Shown: positions 50,641 to 63,104 of the stretch, piece by piece
Layout of the letters: each line of letters begins with the position of its first letter
Numbering within the stretch: the first letter of the stretch is position 1
From: Leucoraja erinacea
Taxonomy: Eukaryota
Direction of reading: 5' to 3'
Assembly: GCF_028641065.1 (NCBI RefSeq)
Contig: NC_073383.1
Location: 36,642,001 to 36,706,000 of the forward strand
DNA: 64,000 nucleotides
Position numbers and translations under genes: made by a program
Notes under the pieces: model-generated
What the model was told of the DNA's origin: nothing
The model's input: the letters and a program-made list of their open reading frames with translations, nothing else
Database searches by the model: none

Positions 50641-52490
50641 GCCTGGGATCAAGTATATTCCTGTAGGAATTTTGGGTATTGAGGTGAATGCTAAAAATAG
50701 AAATTAGGAGAGCTAAAAGAGAACATGAGATACCTCTGGCAGGTTATATAAAGGATAATCCTAAGAGATTTTATAGGTACGTTAAGGGAAAAAAGGTAAC
50801 CAGAGAGAGAATAAGGCCCATTAGGAATCAAAGGAGTCAACTCTATGAGGAACCACAGGAGATGGGCAAAGTCCTCAATTAGTATTTCTCCTCTGTATTT
50901 ACCATGGAGAAAGACATGAGGGCCGAGGAACTTGGGGCAGTCAATGGAAGTGTGTTGAGGACATTCAGTATTATAGTCGAAGTGGTGCTGATGGTTCTAA
51001 CACGTATGAAGTTAGATAAATCTCCCAGACCTGATCAGATATATCCAAGGACACTGGGAAGCTAGAGAAGAAATTGCAGGTGCCCTGGCTGAGATTTATG
51101 AGTCGTCATTAAATATGGGTGAGGTGCCGGAAGACTGGAGGTTGACAAATGCTGTGCCTCTATTTAAGAAAGCCGGCAGGGAAAAGCCAGGGAACTACAG
51201 GCCAATGAGTCTAACATCTATGGTCGGAAAGTTACAAGAGAGTATTCTGAGGGATAAGATATACATGCATTCAGATGAACAATGGCTGATTAGGGATAGT
51301 CAGTACAATTTTGTATGTGGGAGATCGAGTCTAATGAATATGATTCGTTCTTTTGAAGATGTGATCAAAAAGGTTGTTGAGGGCAGAGCTGTAGACATCG
51401 TATATATGGATTTCAACAAGGCATTTGATTTTGCATGATAGGCTCTTCTGGAAGGTTAGATCACATGGGATCCAAGGAGAGATAGCCCACTGGATAGGCA
51501 ATTGGATTTGTGAAAGTAAGCAGAGAGTGGAAGGTTGTTTTTCAGACTGGAGACCTGAGACTAGTGGTGTGTCACAGGTTTCAGTGCTGGCCCCATTGCT
51601 ATGCGTCATCGATATAAATAATTTGGATGAGAATGTACAAGCATGATTAATAAGTTTGCAGATGACACTAATGTGGGTGGTATTGTAGATAGTGAAGGTG
51701 GTTGTCAAAAATTGCAACAGGATCTTGATCGGTTGGGCAGGTGGGCTGAGAATGATTGATGAAGTTTAATACCGAGAATTGCGAGGAGTTGCATTTTGGG
51801 AAGTCTAACCAGGGCAGAACCTAGACCGTAGGTGTACGGCTCTGTGGAGTGTTGTAGAGGGAGTTAGGAGTGTAGGTACATGGTTCCTTGAATGTGGTGT
51901 CACAAGTAGATAGGATGGTCAAGAGGCTTTTGGCACATTAGCCTTCATCTATCATAGTATTCAGTATAGAAGTTTGGAGGTCATGTTTCAGTTGTATAAG
52001 ATATTGGTGATGCCACATTTAGAATATTGTGTTCAGTTTTGGACTTAAGGGCCTGACCTATAGCGAGAGGTTGAGCAGGCTAGGATTTTATTCCTTGGAG
52101 TGCAGGAAGATGACGGGTGATCTTATAGAGGTGTATAAGATCATAAGAGGAATGGAAAGGGTAAATATTTGCTCAAAATCTTTTACACAGAGTAGGGAAA
52201 TCAAGAACCAGAGGTCATGGATTTAAGGTGATTGGGGAAAGATTTAATGGGAACCCATGTGGCACCAAGGTTGGTATATGGAATGAGCTTTCAGAGGAGG
52301 TAGTTGAGGCAAGTACTATCACAACATTTTTTTAAACATTTGGACAGGTACATGGATAGGATAAGTTTAGCAAGATATGGGCCAAATGCAAGCAGTTGGA
52401 ACTAGTGTAGATAGGGCATGTTGGTGGACATGGGCAAATTGGGACAAAGGGCCTGTTTTCACACTGTATGACTATGACCATGACTCTATC
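50641..52490 (+). mobile_element. CR1 LINE (second subfamily), degraded RT region and 3' UTR
   Basis: GEVPEDWR, PGNYRPMSLTS, YMDFNKAFD, KFADDT; (tatgac)n tail. Confidence 0.92.
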
Positions 52491-53419
52491 TCATCGCAGT
52501 GCCACCATCGCAATGCCCCCTATTGGTATTGGTTTAATATTGTCGCGCCTACCAAAATACAGTGAATATCTTTGTTTTGCATGCTATCCAGACAAATTAT
52601 ACCAAGCATGAGTACCTCAAGTAGCGTAAAACAGAAAATAGAGTGCAAAATATAATGTTACAGCTACAGAGAATATGCAGATACAGAAAAATGAACGTTT
52701 TCTGACACGATGGGGTAATGGGACTGATGGGTTTGCTCCAAGAACTGGCATGGGCACAACAGGCCCAATGGCAATGAAATTGTTAATATGAGACAGGCTA
52801 TATATTCTGATGGAAAGTGGATATAATCTTTAGCACTACATGTGAAAATTGAGCTGGTACACTGTGCTGCTGGGTCTGCAGGAAAGCACTAGTTGTCAGG
52901 GGTAACCTCAGAAGTACAGAGCAAGGACAACCAAGAATGTGTGGTCACATTTGTTCTTTTAGCTTATGTCACAACTTGCTTTTTCATTTAACCTGAAGTA
53001 ACGAAGATTTGTGTCTACACATCACATTCTATAGACTTCAGTGTAACATCTGACTGACACAGTGCACTGTGGAAGATTACCAGATCAATAATACGTTACT
53101 GTTTGTGTAACCCACCTGCACTTAAATTAGTTGCTTCAATTCTTACATTATAAAGGTGAACAGCTTTTCAAAAGTAATTAACTGTTAATTTGGATCGATA
53201 GTAAATCTATACTCCCTTTTTAACACAGTAAAACATTCCAAAAACTTAGCAGGAATATTGTCCAACAACAATTCATACTGAGCCAAAGAGGAGCTCTGAT
53301 GAAGCTCTGAGTCGGTTTTTTTCTCCAAGGATGTTGAGTGATCTGCTGAGGATATCAGGCACTCGCAGATTTTCTGATCATTTGGGCAGATAAAATGTTG
53401 GCAGGTTTCAAAGGGAGAT

Positions 53420-53665
53420 TTAAGAGAGAGAAAGAGGAAGTCTGGGAAAGAGAGCAAAGGGTAGGAAAATAAAAGTGGGTGGAGGGAGAGAGAGGGGAAG
53501 GGAGAGAGAGACAGAAGGAAGGAGAGGGACAAATAAAGGATGAGGGGAAAAGAGGGGAGGAAAGGAGCGGGGAAGAGGGGAAAGGGGAAGGAGGGTGGGG
53601 GAGAGAGACAAGGAGAGGGTGAAGAAGGTGAATGAAATAGAGAAGAAGAAGAGAGAGGGGAAGGA
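53420..53665 (+). repeat. Purine-rich (GA) low-complexity tract
   Basis: Almost exclusively A/G over ~240 bp. Confidence 0.8.
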
Positions 53666-53959
53666 TTCAATAAAGGTACTTTATTGTCACATGTGTGCTT
53701 GTGTGTGTGTGCTTGTGTGTGTGTCTCCTATTTCTACTTTGGAGAATTTTCAATTCTTGCACCTATCAGGACCTGCATTTCCCCAGTGACAACATGAGAT
53801 AAAACATCAGAAACTGGTGCTTTAATGTTCACTTGCCAACTTATTGTCAGTGATGCAGTGAACTGTTCACCAGCAAAACTGAACCGATGAAGTATTGCAT
53901 TCTAGACCTTGCCAGAATAGGATTGGCAATTTTATGCCACATGCTGTCATGAGCAAGAC

Positions 53960-54721
53960 TTTTTTTTTTTTTTTTAATTTAATTTTAATTTTATTTTTAT
54001 TAGTACAATAAGTTACAGTAATACACACCACATATATCTTATTACATTTGTTGTACCCCTTCATTTTTTGAGCTTTAAGAAAGATGGAAATAAAAGAAGT
54101 GAGGAAAGTGAGAAAGAGTCGTGAAAGTGCAGGAAAGTGTTGGAAAAAGCAAGCCCATTAGAGAGAGAGTTAGAGAAGAAAGTTAAGAAATAGACCCTAG
54201 AAAAGAAAGAAAGAAAGAGAAACAATCGCTCTATTATAAAAAAACTCCGCCAAAAGGGATATACCAACCGTATTTTTCACCCCCGTTACCAGATCCTGGC
54301 ACCATTTATTTTTTAAATTACTATTGCACCTTATGCTTGTAGTAAGTTCATAAATGCAGACCACATCTGCATTTGTGATAAATGTCAGTCTCAAGAAGCT
54401 ACCATAGCGCACTCTTTTGTTTTTTGTATAAAAATCCAAACATTCTGGAATGAAATATTTGAAATCTTCACAAAACTATTTAAAATATAACTGATACCAA
54501 AAGCAGAATGGATTATTTTTGGAATAATGGAAGGTAGCCCTGAACTAAACGTGTTTCAAAATAATTTAATTAATTACGGGCTAATAACGGGAAAAAAGCT
54601 TATACTCAAATTCTGGAAAAACGCTCCTATACCAACAATAAAAATGTGGATTTCAAACATGTTCGAAACATTACACCTGGAAGATATGAGATTCCTCCTC
54701 GCAGGCAAAGCAGACTACTTC
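53960..54721 (-). mobile_element. L1-clade LINE insertion with 5' inversion
   Basis: Poly(T) at 53960, 3' UTR and ORF2 end on the minus strand, ORF2 zinc-knuckle region (CDKC..H..C) on the plus strand; TSD catgagcaagac. Confidence 0.9.
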
Positions 54722-54750
54722 CATGAGCAAGACTTTGCTTGGGGTTTATG

Positions 54751-54985
54751 CAGGCCCGTACGAAACTTTACAAAAAGGGGGGCATGACAGGATTACAAAA
54801 CGTTTAATGTGAAACAATGTGCGCGCTGTGCACATCATGAGCACAAATCGTGGTCCCTCGATGCCAGGGTCCAGGGCCCACTTAAGGGCCCTGGAAGCTC
54901 AGGGGTTTTAGATGCTCTCTGATGCATTCTAAGCCTTATTTTGGAGCATTTTTGCACCAAATTTATGACCAATATTTCCAAAATT
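54751..54985. mobile_element. Putative DNA transposon (hAT-like) end fragment
   Basis: Begins caggcccgtacgaa; internal 10-bp stem tccagggccc-acttaa-gggccctgga. No partner TIR is certain. Confidence 0.4.
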
Positions 54986-55789
54986 AACAGGAATCTGAGA
55001 GGTAGCTTTTTCACACAAAGGGTGGTGGGTGTATGGAACGAGCTGCCAGAGGAGATAGTTAAGGCTGGGATGATCCTAATCTTTAAGAGACATTTGGACA
55101 CGTACATGGATAGGACAGGTTTAGATGGATATTGTTCTTTAGTAACATGTCAGTTTCTTTGTTGAACTAAATTAAGGCGCATGTTGCAATCAAAACGCTT
55201 GAACAATTGGTTGGGAAACTGTAAGAAAGAGGACTGCATGTGAGTGGGACTAGTGTAGATGGGACATGTTGATCGGTGTGGGCAAGGAGCTAAAGGACCT
55301 GTTTCCACACTGCATCACTCTATGACTAAAAATTTAAGAAGTAAAATGCATGTAGATAAGTAGAGCAGACTTGAAAAGGAGTGAAATGTAAAGACAGAGA
55401 GAGGTTTATAGGTGGAAAGGAACATAGGAAAGGAGGGAGGAGGGTGGGTTTAGGAAAATAGACACAAAGTGCTGGAGTAGCTCAGTGGGTCAGGCAGCAT
55501 CTGTGGAGAACATGGATAGGTGACATGTCACAGTGCTGGAGTAACTCAGTGGGTCAGGCAGTATCTCTGGAGAAAAGGTATAGATTATATTTCTGGTCAA
55601 GACCCTACTTCAGTAATATGCATGATGTGACATGATGCATGTTACCCAAACCATCGTGAGTTACTTTGTGATGGTGCTTGTATCTCCTATAATGTTTCTG
55701 CTGCCTTGGGTGATGCAGGACAGGACACGAGCTTTGGGACATGGTGTGAAGCTGTTGCAGTCTGTCCCAGCCTGGTAAAAGCCTGGATT

Positions 55790-56490
55790 AAGTGGATATG
55801 GAGAGGATGTTCCACTAGTGGGAGAGTCTAGGACCAGTGGCCACAGCCTCAGAATTAAAAGACGTTCCTTTAGGAAGGAGATGTGCAGGAATTTCTTGTC
55901 AGAGGGTGGTGAACTGTGGAATTCATTGCCACAGACAGCTGTGGAGGCTAAGTCAGTGGACATTTTTCAGGAGGAGATTGATAGATTCTTGATTGATACG
56001 GGTGTCAGAGGTAATGGGGGGAAGGCAGAAGAATGGGTTTGAGAGGGAAAGATAGATAATCATAGAGTGGTACAGTGTGGAAACAGGCCCTTCGGCCCAG
56101 CATGTCCCATCTACACTAGTCACACCTGCGCACGTTTGATCCATACCCCTCCAAATCTGTCCTATCCATGTACTTGTCTAACTGTCTCTTAAATGTTGCG
56201 ATAGTCCCTGCCTCAATTACCTCCTCTGGCAGCTTGTTCCATACACCTACCACCCTTTGTGTGAAAAATATACCCCTCATATTCCTATTAAATCTTTTCC
56301 CCTTCATCTTAAACTTAGGTTAGGTTTGGAGGGGCATGGTAGTTAGGTAGGTACATGGATAGGACAGGTTTGGAGGGATATGGACCAAAAGCAGGCAAGT
56401 GGAACTAGTGTGCTGGGACATTGTTAGCCGGTGTGGGCAAGTTGGGCCAAAGGGCCTGTTTCCACAATGTATCACTCTATGACTATCCAT
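55790..56490. mobile_element. Cluster of CR1 3' ends: 55790-56050 (+), 56060-56315 (-), 56348-56485 (+)
   Basis: WNSLPQTAVEA and FFTQRVVGVWNKLPEEV translations with CR1 tails. Confidence 0.8.
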
Positions 56491-56537
56491 GTTCTCCAGA
56501 GATGCTGCCTGACCCGCTGCGGCAGATTGTGCGGAGG

Positions 56538-57017
56538 TGCACAAAATGTTGCCTGGGTTTCAGCAACTAAGTTACAGAGAAAGGTTGAACAAGTTAGGGC
56601 TTTATTCTTTGGAGCGCAGAAGGTTAAGGGGGGACTTGATAGAGGTTTTTAAAATGATGAGAGGGATAGACAGAGTTGATGTGGAAAAGCTTTTCCCACT
56701 GAGAGTAGGGAAGATTCAAACAAGGGGACATGACATGAAAATTAAGGGACTGAAGGTTAGGGGTAACATGAGGGGGAACTTCTTTACTCAGAGAGTGGTA
56801 GCTGTGTGGAATGAGCTTCCAGTGAAGGTGGTGGAGGCAGGTTCGTTTTTATCATTTAAAAATAAATTGGATAGTTATATGGATGGGAAGGGAATGGAGG
56901 GTTATGGTCTGAGTGCAGGTATATGGGACTAGGGGAGATTATGTGTTCGGCACGGACTAGAAGGGTCGAGATGGCCTGTTTCCGTGCTGTAATTGTTATA
57001 TGGTTTATATGGTTTAT
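56538..57017 (+). mobile_element. Young CR1 3' end
   Basis: Uninterrupted ORF 56537-56932 (LGLYSLERRRLRGDLIEVFK..FFTQRVVAVWNELP). Confidence 0.92.
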
Positions 57018-58087
57018 GTGGTGCAGATGTCTGTGGAGGTGCAGCCATTGGTGTAGAGAGAGTAAAGGAGAGGGGAGAGTACACAGCCTTGCGGTGCTCC
57101 TATGCTGAGCATTTGCAAGTCCAAGATGTGCTTTCCCAGCCTCACATGCTGCTTCCTGTCTGTCAGGAAGCTGGTGATCCACCGACAGAAGGGTTCAGGC
57201 ACAGTCAACTCGGAATGTTTGCAGCGTAGTAGCTCTGGCACAATGGTGTTAAATGCAGAGCTAATATCAACAAACAAAATCCTCGCATAGGTCCCCTGGC
57301 AGTCTAGGTGCTGGAGGATGAAATAAAGGCCCAGGTTGACTGTGTCATGCACTGATCTATTGGTCCGATATGCAAACTGCAGAGGGTCCAGCAGGGGATT
57401 GTGATATTTTTCTGCATGGCCAGCACAAGCCTTTCAAGGGTCTTCCTGAATACAGAGGTCAGTGCGACTGGCCTGTAGTCATTAAGACAACTAATCCTTG
57501 CCTTTTTGGGTACAGGGACAATAGTGGAGACTTTGAAGCATGCAGGGTCAGTACATGTTTACAGGGACTGGTTAAAATTGTCTGGGAGATTTCCGGCTTT
57601 TCTGTCTTCTGAAAAGCCTCTCCACCTCCTCTAATTTTATTGTTAATGGGATGATGTTGTTCAGCAAGGAGGGAGTGGGTAATTGGGTGTGAAGTGGTGA
57701 TTGGAGTGGGGTGGGTGTAGAAGGGCCCAGTCTTTGCAGACTGAGGTCAGGCTGTGAGTGGGTGGGAAGTGTTGGTTGGGGTGGGAAAGGGTCCAATCTT
57801 TTCATACTGGAGTCTTGCCTTAAGTAGGTGTGAAGTAGTGAATGGGAAGGAGAGGGTGCCAGGTTTATTCTTTGCAGACTGGGGTCTGGCTGTGTTAGTT
57901 GGGGAGGGGGTACCAGGGTTATGTTTCTGATTTTCAAACCTGCAGTAAAACTCATTCAGGTGGTTGGTCAGCTGACGATTGTCCAAAGAGCATGCGGCTT
58001 CCCTCATAGCTGGTAATTACTTGCATTCCTTTCCAAACAGAAGAAGAGTCACTAGCTGAGAATTTGCTCCTCTGTAGCTCTGATTCC
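57018..58087 (-). mobile_element. Rex1/Babar RT fragment
   Basis: YARILFVDISSAFNTIVPE, GAPQGCVLSPLLYSLYTN and LNDYRPVAL. Confidence 0.9.
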
Positions 58088-58089
58088 TC

Positions 58090-58945
58090 TTCTCAGCTCT
58101 TTATCGATTAGGCAATCGGCTTGACGCACATTAGGGGTGGGGGGGAGAGTCAAGGGTCTGCGGCGGGGGGAGAGGCAAGGATCCACGGCACGGGGGGGGA
58201 GAGGTGAGGGTCTGCGGCGGTAGAGGCGAGGGTTCGCAGCGGGGGGGGAAGAAAAGCGTGGGCCCAGCGGGAGTGGGGGGTGGCGTGGGCCCAGCGGGGA
58301 GGGAAAAGAAAGGCATGGGCCCGGTAGGAGTGGGGGTGTGGCATAGGACCAGCATAGTGGGCCCGGTAGGAGTGGGGGTGTGGCATAGGGGGGTGGGAGG
58401 GGTGGTGTCATGAGCCCAGTGGCGGGGGAAGTGAAGGCCAGGCCGGAGCGGAGTCTGGTGTCGAGGTTACGGCCACTGCCAATCATTCCCACTCCCACCT
58501 GGCGATGGGAGAATAGTCTCCTGTTAGACCCCTCGCGGGTAGCTTGCTACCCAGGATAAAAACCAGACTGTAGTGAAATATTGCCTCCCGCAACGCAATA
58601 TTTCACTACTTATGCAGAGTAGACATGAGGCATCGAGGCGATCGCTGACTGTGTGCACGGCAAAATGCAATCTGATGCCGCCCGGGCCCACTGCGCACGC
58701 GTGGAAAGACAGCGTCATTTTGAGTCGCTACTGTGTCACCGGCTTCCCCCAACTGTGCAGGCGCGGATGGTCAAAATAATATTTTTTCCCAAATCATCCA
58801 GCAGGCTGGAACCAGAATTTCGGGTAAACGCTGATTGCACTACAATTTTTTTTTTCTCTGGATGTTTTTCTTACTGTGGGAAAAAAAGGGGGGTGCGAGT
58901 GTACCCCCAATGCCCCCCCCCCCCCCCCCCCCTTCGACGGCCATG
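58090..58945 (-). mobile_element. GC-rich non-coding repeat, probably a non-autonomous DNA transposon fragment
   Basis: CpG-rich, with G-run tandem units; terminus reverse-complements to catggccgtcgaagggg. Confidence 0.4.
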
Positions 58946-60723
58946 TTATGAGCTGAAGGAGGTCCAGCCTAACAGCTCAACTGCAAATGCATCCAACGTG
59001 GGGACTCCTACAGCCATGTCGGAGACCTCAACCCTTTTCCAACCTTAAAGGCAGAAGTGCACACCCAACCCACTACACTGTCCCCAAATTCTGCTTAAGC
59101 AAATTGCAAAATTCCCTCAAATAGCAAAATCGAGGGAAACTTTTATTCAAACATTGAACTTGCAATCAAACTCATTTGTTTTTACAAATAATAAACGTGT
59201 TAGATTCAAATGTCATGAGGTGTTTATTCTTAATTGGAACTTACAATGAAATGCAGAATTTCACCTGCCAGTCATCATTGAACTACAAATGTGAATGTTG
59301 TAATTAGATTCCCCAAATCATTTGAAAGTATTTCTATTATCATTGCACTAAAAAGCATATTTTTATTTACAAAAATAATTATTTGTTTCTTTTATTGGTG
59401 TTCTTGATTATATTCCATTGTTCATTGTGAATCTCTGAAAAAAATCTGATGTTTTTTTATCTCAGCAACGTAAAATGTATTAAAGTTTGTAACCACATTC
59501 TACATTTCATTTGTTCTGCAGTTTGTTTATCTTCTACATCTGTATTGCTTTTCGCTTCAAATATTATTTGAAATATGTATATATCATTTGATATATTATG
59601 GCTAGAACAAAAAGGATCTTCTAAAGAGATATAGAAAAAATAGAAAATATGTCCCTTAGTCCATCAAACTGTCTGAGCTTCAATGAGATGACAACAAATA
59701 TGAGAGTTGATCCCTTTCATCTCGCAACCGAGAAATCAGAGAATCTACAACAAACTCCAATAATCCAGTGTGTGATTGTCTGGGAATCCCAAAGGCACAG
59801 TCCGAATCATTGTGTTTAGTTTCCCACATTCTCTTTACATTCATCGGTTTCTGTTTTATTTAAACAAAATGAGACCCCGTTTCTCACTGTCCCTTTAAGC
59901 ACACCAAGGCCTCTTTCCTTGTGATCTCTACAGAGGCCCCATTTCCCATGGTCCCATTAAACACACTAGAACCCCATTTCCCGCTTTCTTTAAACTCACT
60001 GGAGCCCTATTTTCAGAACTTCCTTTCAAGCCCACTAACATCCTGTTTCCAATGCACTCTTTAAACTCACCAGGAAGAATGGGAAATCTACAATATTGCC
60101 ATGCAACATCTAAAAATAAATCAATTAAAGGTATTAATAGGTGTAACATCCAATATTCTAGAAAATCTGCTGGTTCAGCACCACCAAAGTCCTGGGGGAG
60201 TTGGTTTATTGTTTTCTTGTAATTAGGTTGATTATTTTCTCAGCAGTTTGTGGTTTAAATATGGTGTGGATCATTTCCGTGTTAAGCATCCAGCTATCCA
60301 ATCACAAAATCAATGCTCTTATTATCATTGCCTTGTCACAGATTTAAGTGTTCATAGAATGAATGCTTTGCTGTTTTCCCTTGAAAGCCATTCCCTATTT
60401 CCTTTGGCAGCCACTTCTTCGCGCAAATATCTCCAGCATGAATAGAGATCCCATTGAGATTTTCGCTGTCCAGCTTATGTCAGAATCATTTTATTGTCAG
60501 AATGTTACAGTTAAGGACTGTCTTTTAACTCCATTTAAATTGTTTATGTTTTTTTAACTATCCTTTGCTGTCTTTGTGACTGAGTTGGAACATGTAGATT
60601 AATAGAACCAAAGGAGCCAGAAGATAAGGTGTAACAATCTTATTGTTCTGCTAGCGGGACACGTGTGCAGAAATGCCAGACATAACATTTTATTAAACAG
60701 CATAATGTAACTAGTTTGACTTA

Positions 60724-61262
60724 AACCCCTTTTTCACGGGGCGACTTGACGCAAGAGTTAACCAGAGTTGAACATCGTGGGAACCTCTTGCGATAACCGT
60801 ACGGCATTCGTGGACCACCGTGTACCACCGTGGCGCTAACAGCAGGTACTCGTGTAACTTGGTGACTCGGGAGAAAATTCAAACAAGCTTGAATTTCTCC
60901 AAGAGCGATTGTACACTTGTGGTTGAACATTGCAACATTATATGCACGTAGAGGCCAGTGCGATATCCGTACTGACTCTTGCGTGTACCGTGGGAACTCC
61001 TGCGAATGGTGAACCCGGAAGCTGGACAGAGGGGACAGAAGGTGAGTAAAAATTGTCTTCTGTGGGATTGAATTTAAAAAATAAAGATTTGCATCCGCAT
61101 ATGTACATCAACTTATTCATGAGTTATGTTAATGAGATTCAAGAAAATAACTATAATCTTTAAAAGGGACTTTACTGAAAGGTCCCGCATTTTTATGGTC
61201 CGTGAGAAATTTTTCACTTGTACTTCTTTGAGAGATACAGCTCGGAGTCCTCGCCGACCAGC
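60724..61262. mobile_element. Harbinger-like MITE fragment
   Basis: TTA followed by aacccctttttcacggggcgact, resembling the 32790 terminus; CpG-rich; other end not found. Confidence 0.5.
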
Positions 61263-61363
61263 GATCGATGCCTTTCCGAAGCAGGGTCCGGAACGCTACC
61301 AATCAATGTTCTCCAGAGACCCGTGTAAAGGAGTGAACTGCACATGCTGGTTTAAAACGAAGA

Positions 61364-61680
61364 CAGACACAAAAAGCTGGAGTAACTCAGCGAGTCAAGC
61401 AGCATCTCTGGAGAAAAATAGGTGATGTTTCGGGACGAGACACATCTTCAGACTCAATTCCGATTAGAATGTCTGAAGAAGGGTTACGATTCGAATCGCC
61501 ACCTATACTTTTTCTCCAGAGATGCTGCCTGACACGCTGACTTACTCCAGCTTGTTATGTTTTTCTTCCCAGATCTAACTTACCTGCTGAGTTACACCAA
61601 CATTTTGTGTCCGTGTTCACTATGAACGTTGAATTATTTAATTTTAGGTAACTTACACTCTCTCTCTCTCTCTCTCCCCC

Positions 61681-61734
<54 letters not shown>

Positions 61735-62115
61735 ATGCTCCCCCCCCCCCATGCAGTAAATGTCGGTTAACCAGTCCAAGGTTGGCAACGCTGGTTCCCT
61801 CTTGGGATCACACTATCCCTAGCCAACAATTGGCCTATCAGGGAACCAAATATGGACATAAAGTGCTGGAGTGACTCAATGGGTCAGGCAGCATCTCTGG
61901 AGGAAAGGGTTAGGCGACATTTCGGGTCGGGACCCCTCTTCAAAATACCCTGCTGAGGTAATCTGTTGTTGGCCCTGATTTGTCCCGGTCTTTTCTTGCT
62001 TCCAGTTCCCCCCTACAATCATCCCGAAGAAGGGTCCCGACGAAAAATAGAATCTATTCCTTTTCTCCAGAGATGCTGCTTGGCCCGCTGAGTTACTCCA
62101 GCATTTTGTGTCTAA
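61364..62115. mobile_element. Two palindromic Penelope-derived elements (61364-61560, 61855-62115) flanking a poly-C run
   Basis: Each has an antisense arm ending ..cttca and a sense arm starting (ct)gaagaagggt. Confidence 0.75.
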
Positions 62116-62554
62116 CTTGCTGATTCAGACAGTTTTTGATTTACTCTGAAACACACGTTGGAAATTTAAACTTGGGCGCAACTAACATCGTCTTACTACT
62201 GTGGGAACTCTTTAACTCAGCGGGCAGGCAGCAGTTAATTGTTGCTCCCTTCAGTTTCCCAGGGGGTTGGGACGGGACTGGAGTTGGGAGGGAAAGGTGG
62301 GGGAGTCGAGGGAGAGGAGGGGGAGACAGATGGGGGTGTCTTCATTTACTGGTGGTGGGTGTCTGTCACTGAAACAGGCAGGTGACAGACACCCGCTGCC
62401 AGTAAATGAAGACTTCAGTCTGATTTTAATCGATTCCACATCTTATTTGATGTTTTTGATGTTATAATTGGACCAGCATTTATGCTTTACAGCTTTACAG
62501 CCAGTTAATATTTTGCTCCTTCCAGGATAGTTTACCACTGCTAATTAACATATA

Positions 62555-63097
62555 TCTATATAATTAAAAATCTCATCTTGACCACTTCCTGTCTGCACTG
62601 TATATTGATTTTAGAAAACGCTGCCCTGTATCGCTGTGATTTTTGGCCATCTTACTCATAGTCTTCCTCCGCTGAGCCAGCCCCAAGGATTTTTCCCATC
62701 GATGAAAAATAAAAAAGATTATGAGTGTTTAAAAAACCATGAGATCAGCTGATTGGTCCTTTCACCTGTCAATCACCGCAATTAAGGTAACGCCTCTTCT
62801 GAGTGGGGGGTGGGGGGAGCAGGACTATAAAACCCCAGATGCCTGGACGTGAGTCAGTCACTCTGCAAGATCGTGAGGGAGAGGCCACGACTGTCATTCT
62901 AATCTGTGAATCAACTGAACTGTGAGTCTGCAATATACTTGCAATAAATTATTTGTTAGCCCTTAACGACAATGCCATGAGTTGTTTGGCCTCCTGCCCT
63001 GCCTGTGCTTGAAAGTGCAAATTTTAATTGGAAATGAAATTAAATGAAATGACAATGGCATGAGTTGTTTGGCCTGCTGCCCTGCCTGTGTTTGGAA
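62555..63097 (+). mobile_element. Helitron-like element, 5' part
   Basis: A|TCTATATAATTAAAAATCTCATCTTGACCACTTCCTG; homologous to 18975 leftwards. Confidence 0.7.
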
Positions 63098-63104
63098 GGT
63101 AAAT

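Noticed and set aside
53185-53670. 161-aa Ser/Pro/Leu/Phe-rich ORF
   Set aside because: Translation of a pyrimidine low-complexity tract.
54751-58945. A single 4.2-kb DNA transposon bounded by caggcccgtacgaa / ttcgacggccatg with ttatg on both sides
   Set aside because: The TIR match is loose, a 5-bp match can be chance, and the interior is a mix of unrelated repeats and host-like sequence.
61677-61750. Long poly-C run giving poly-Pro/poly-Gly ORFs (also 27464 and 58912)
   Set aside because: Homopolymer whose length may be a sequencing artefact; not coding evidence.
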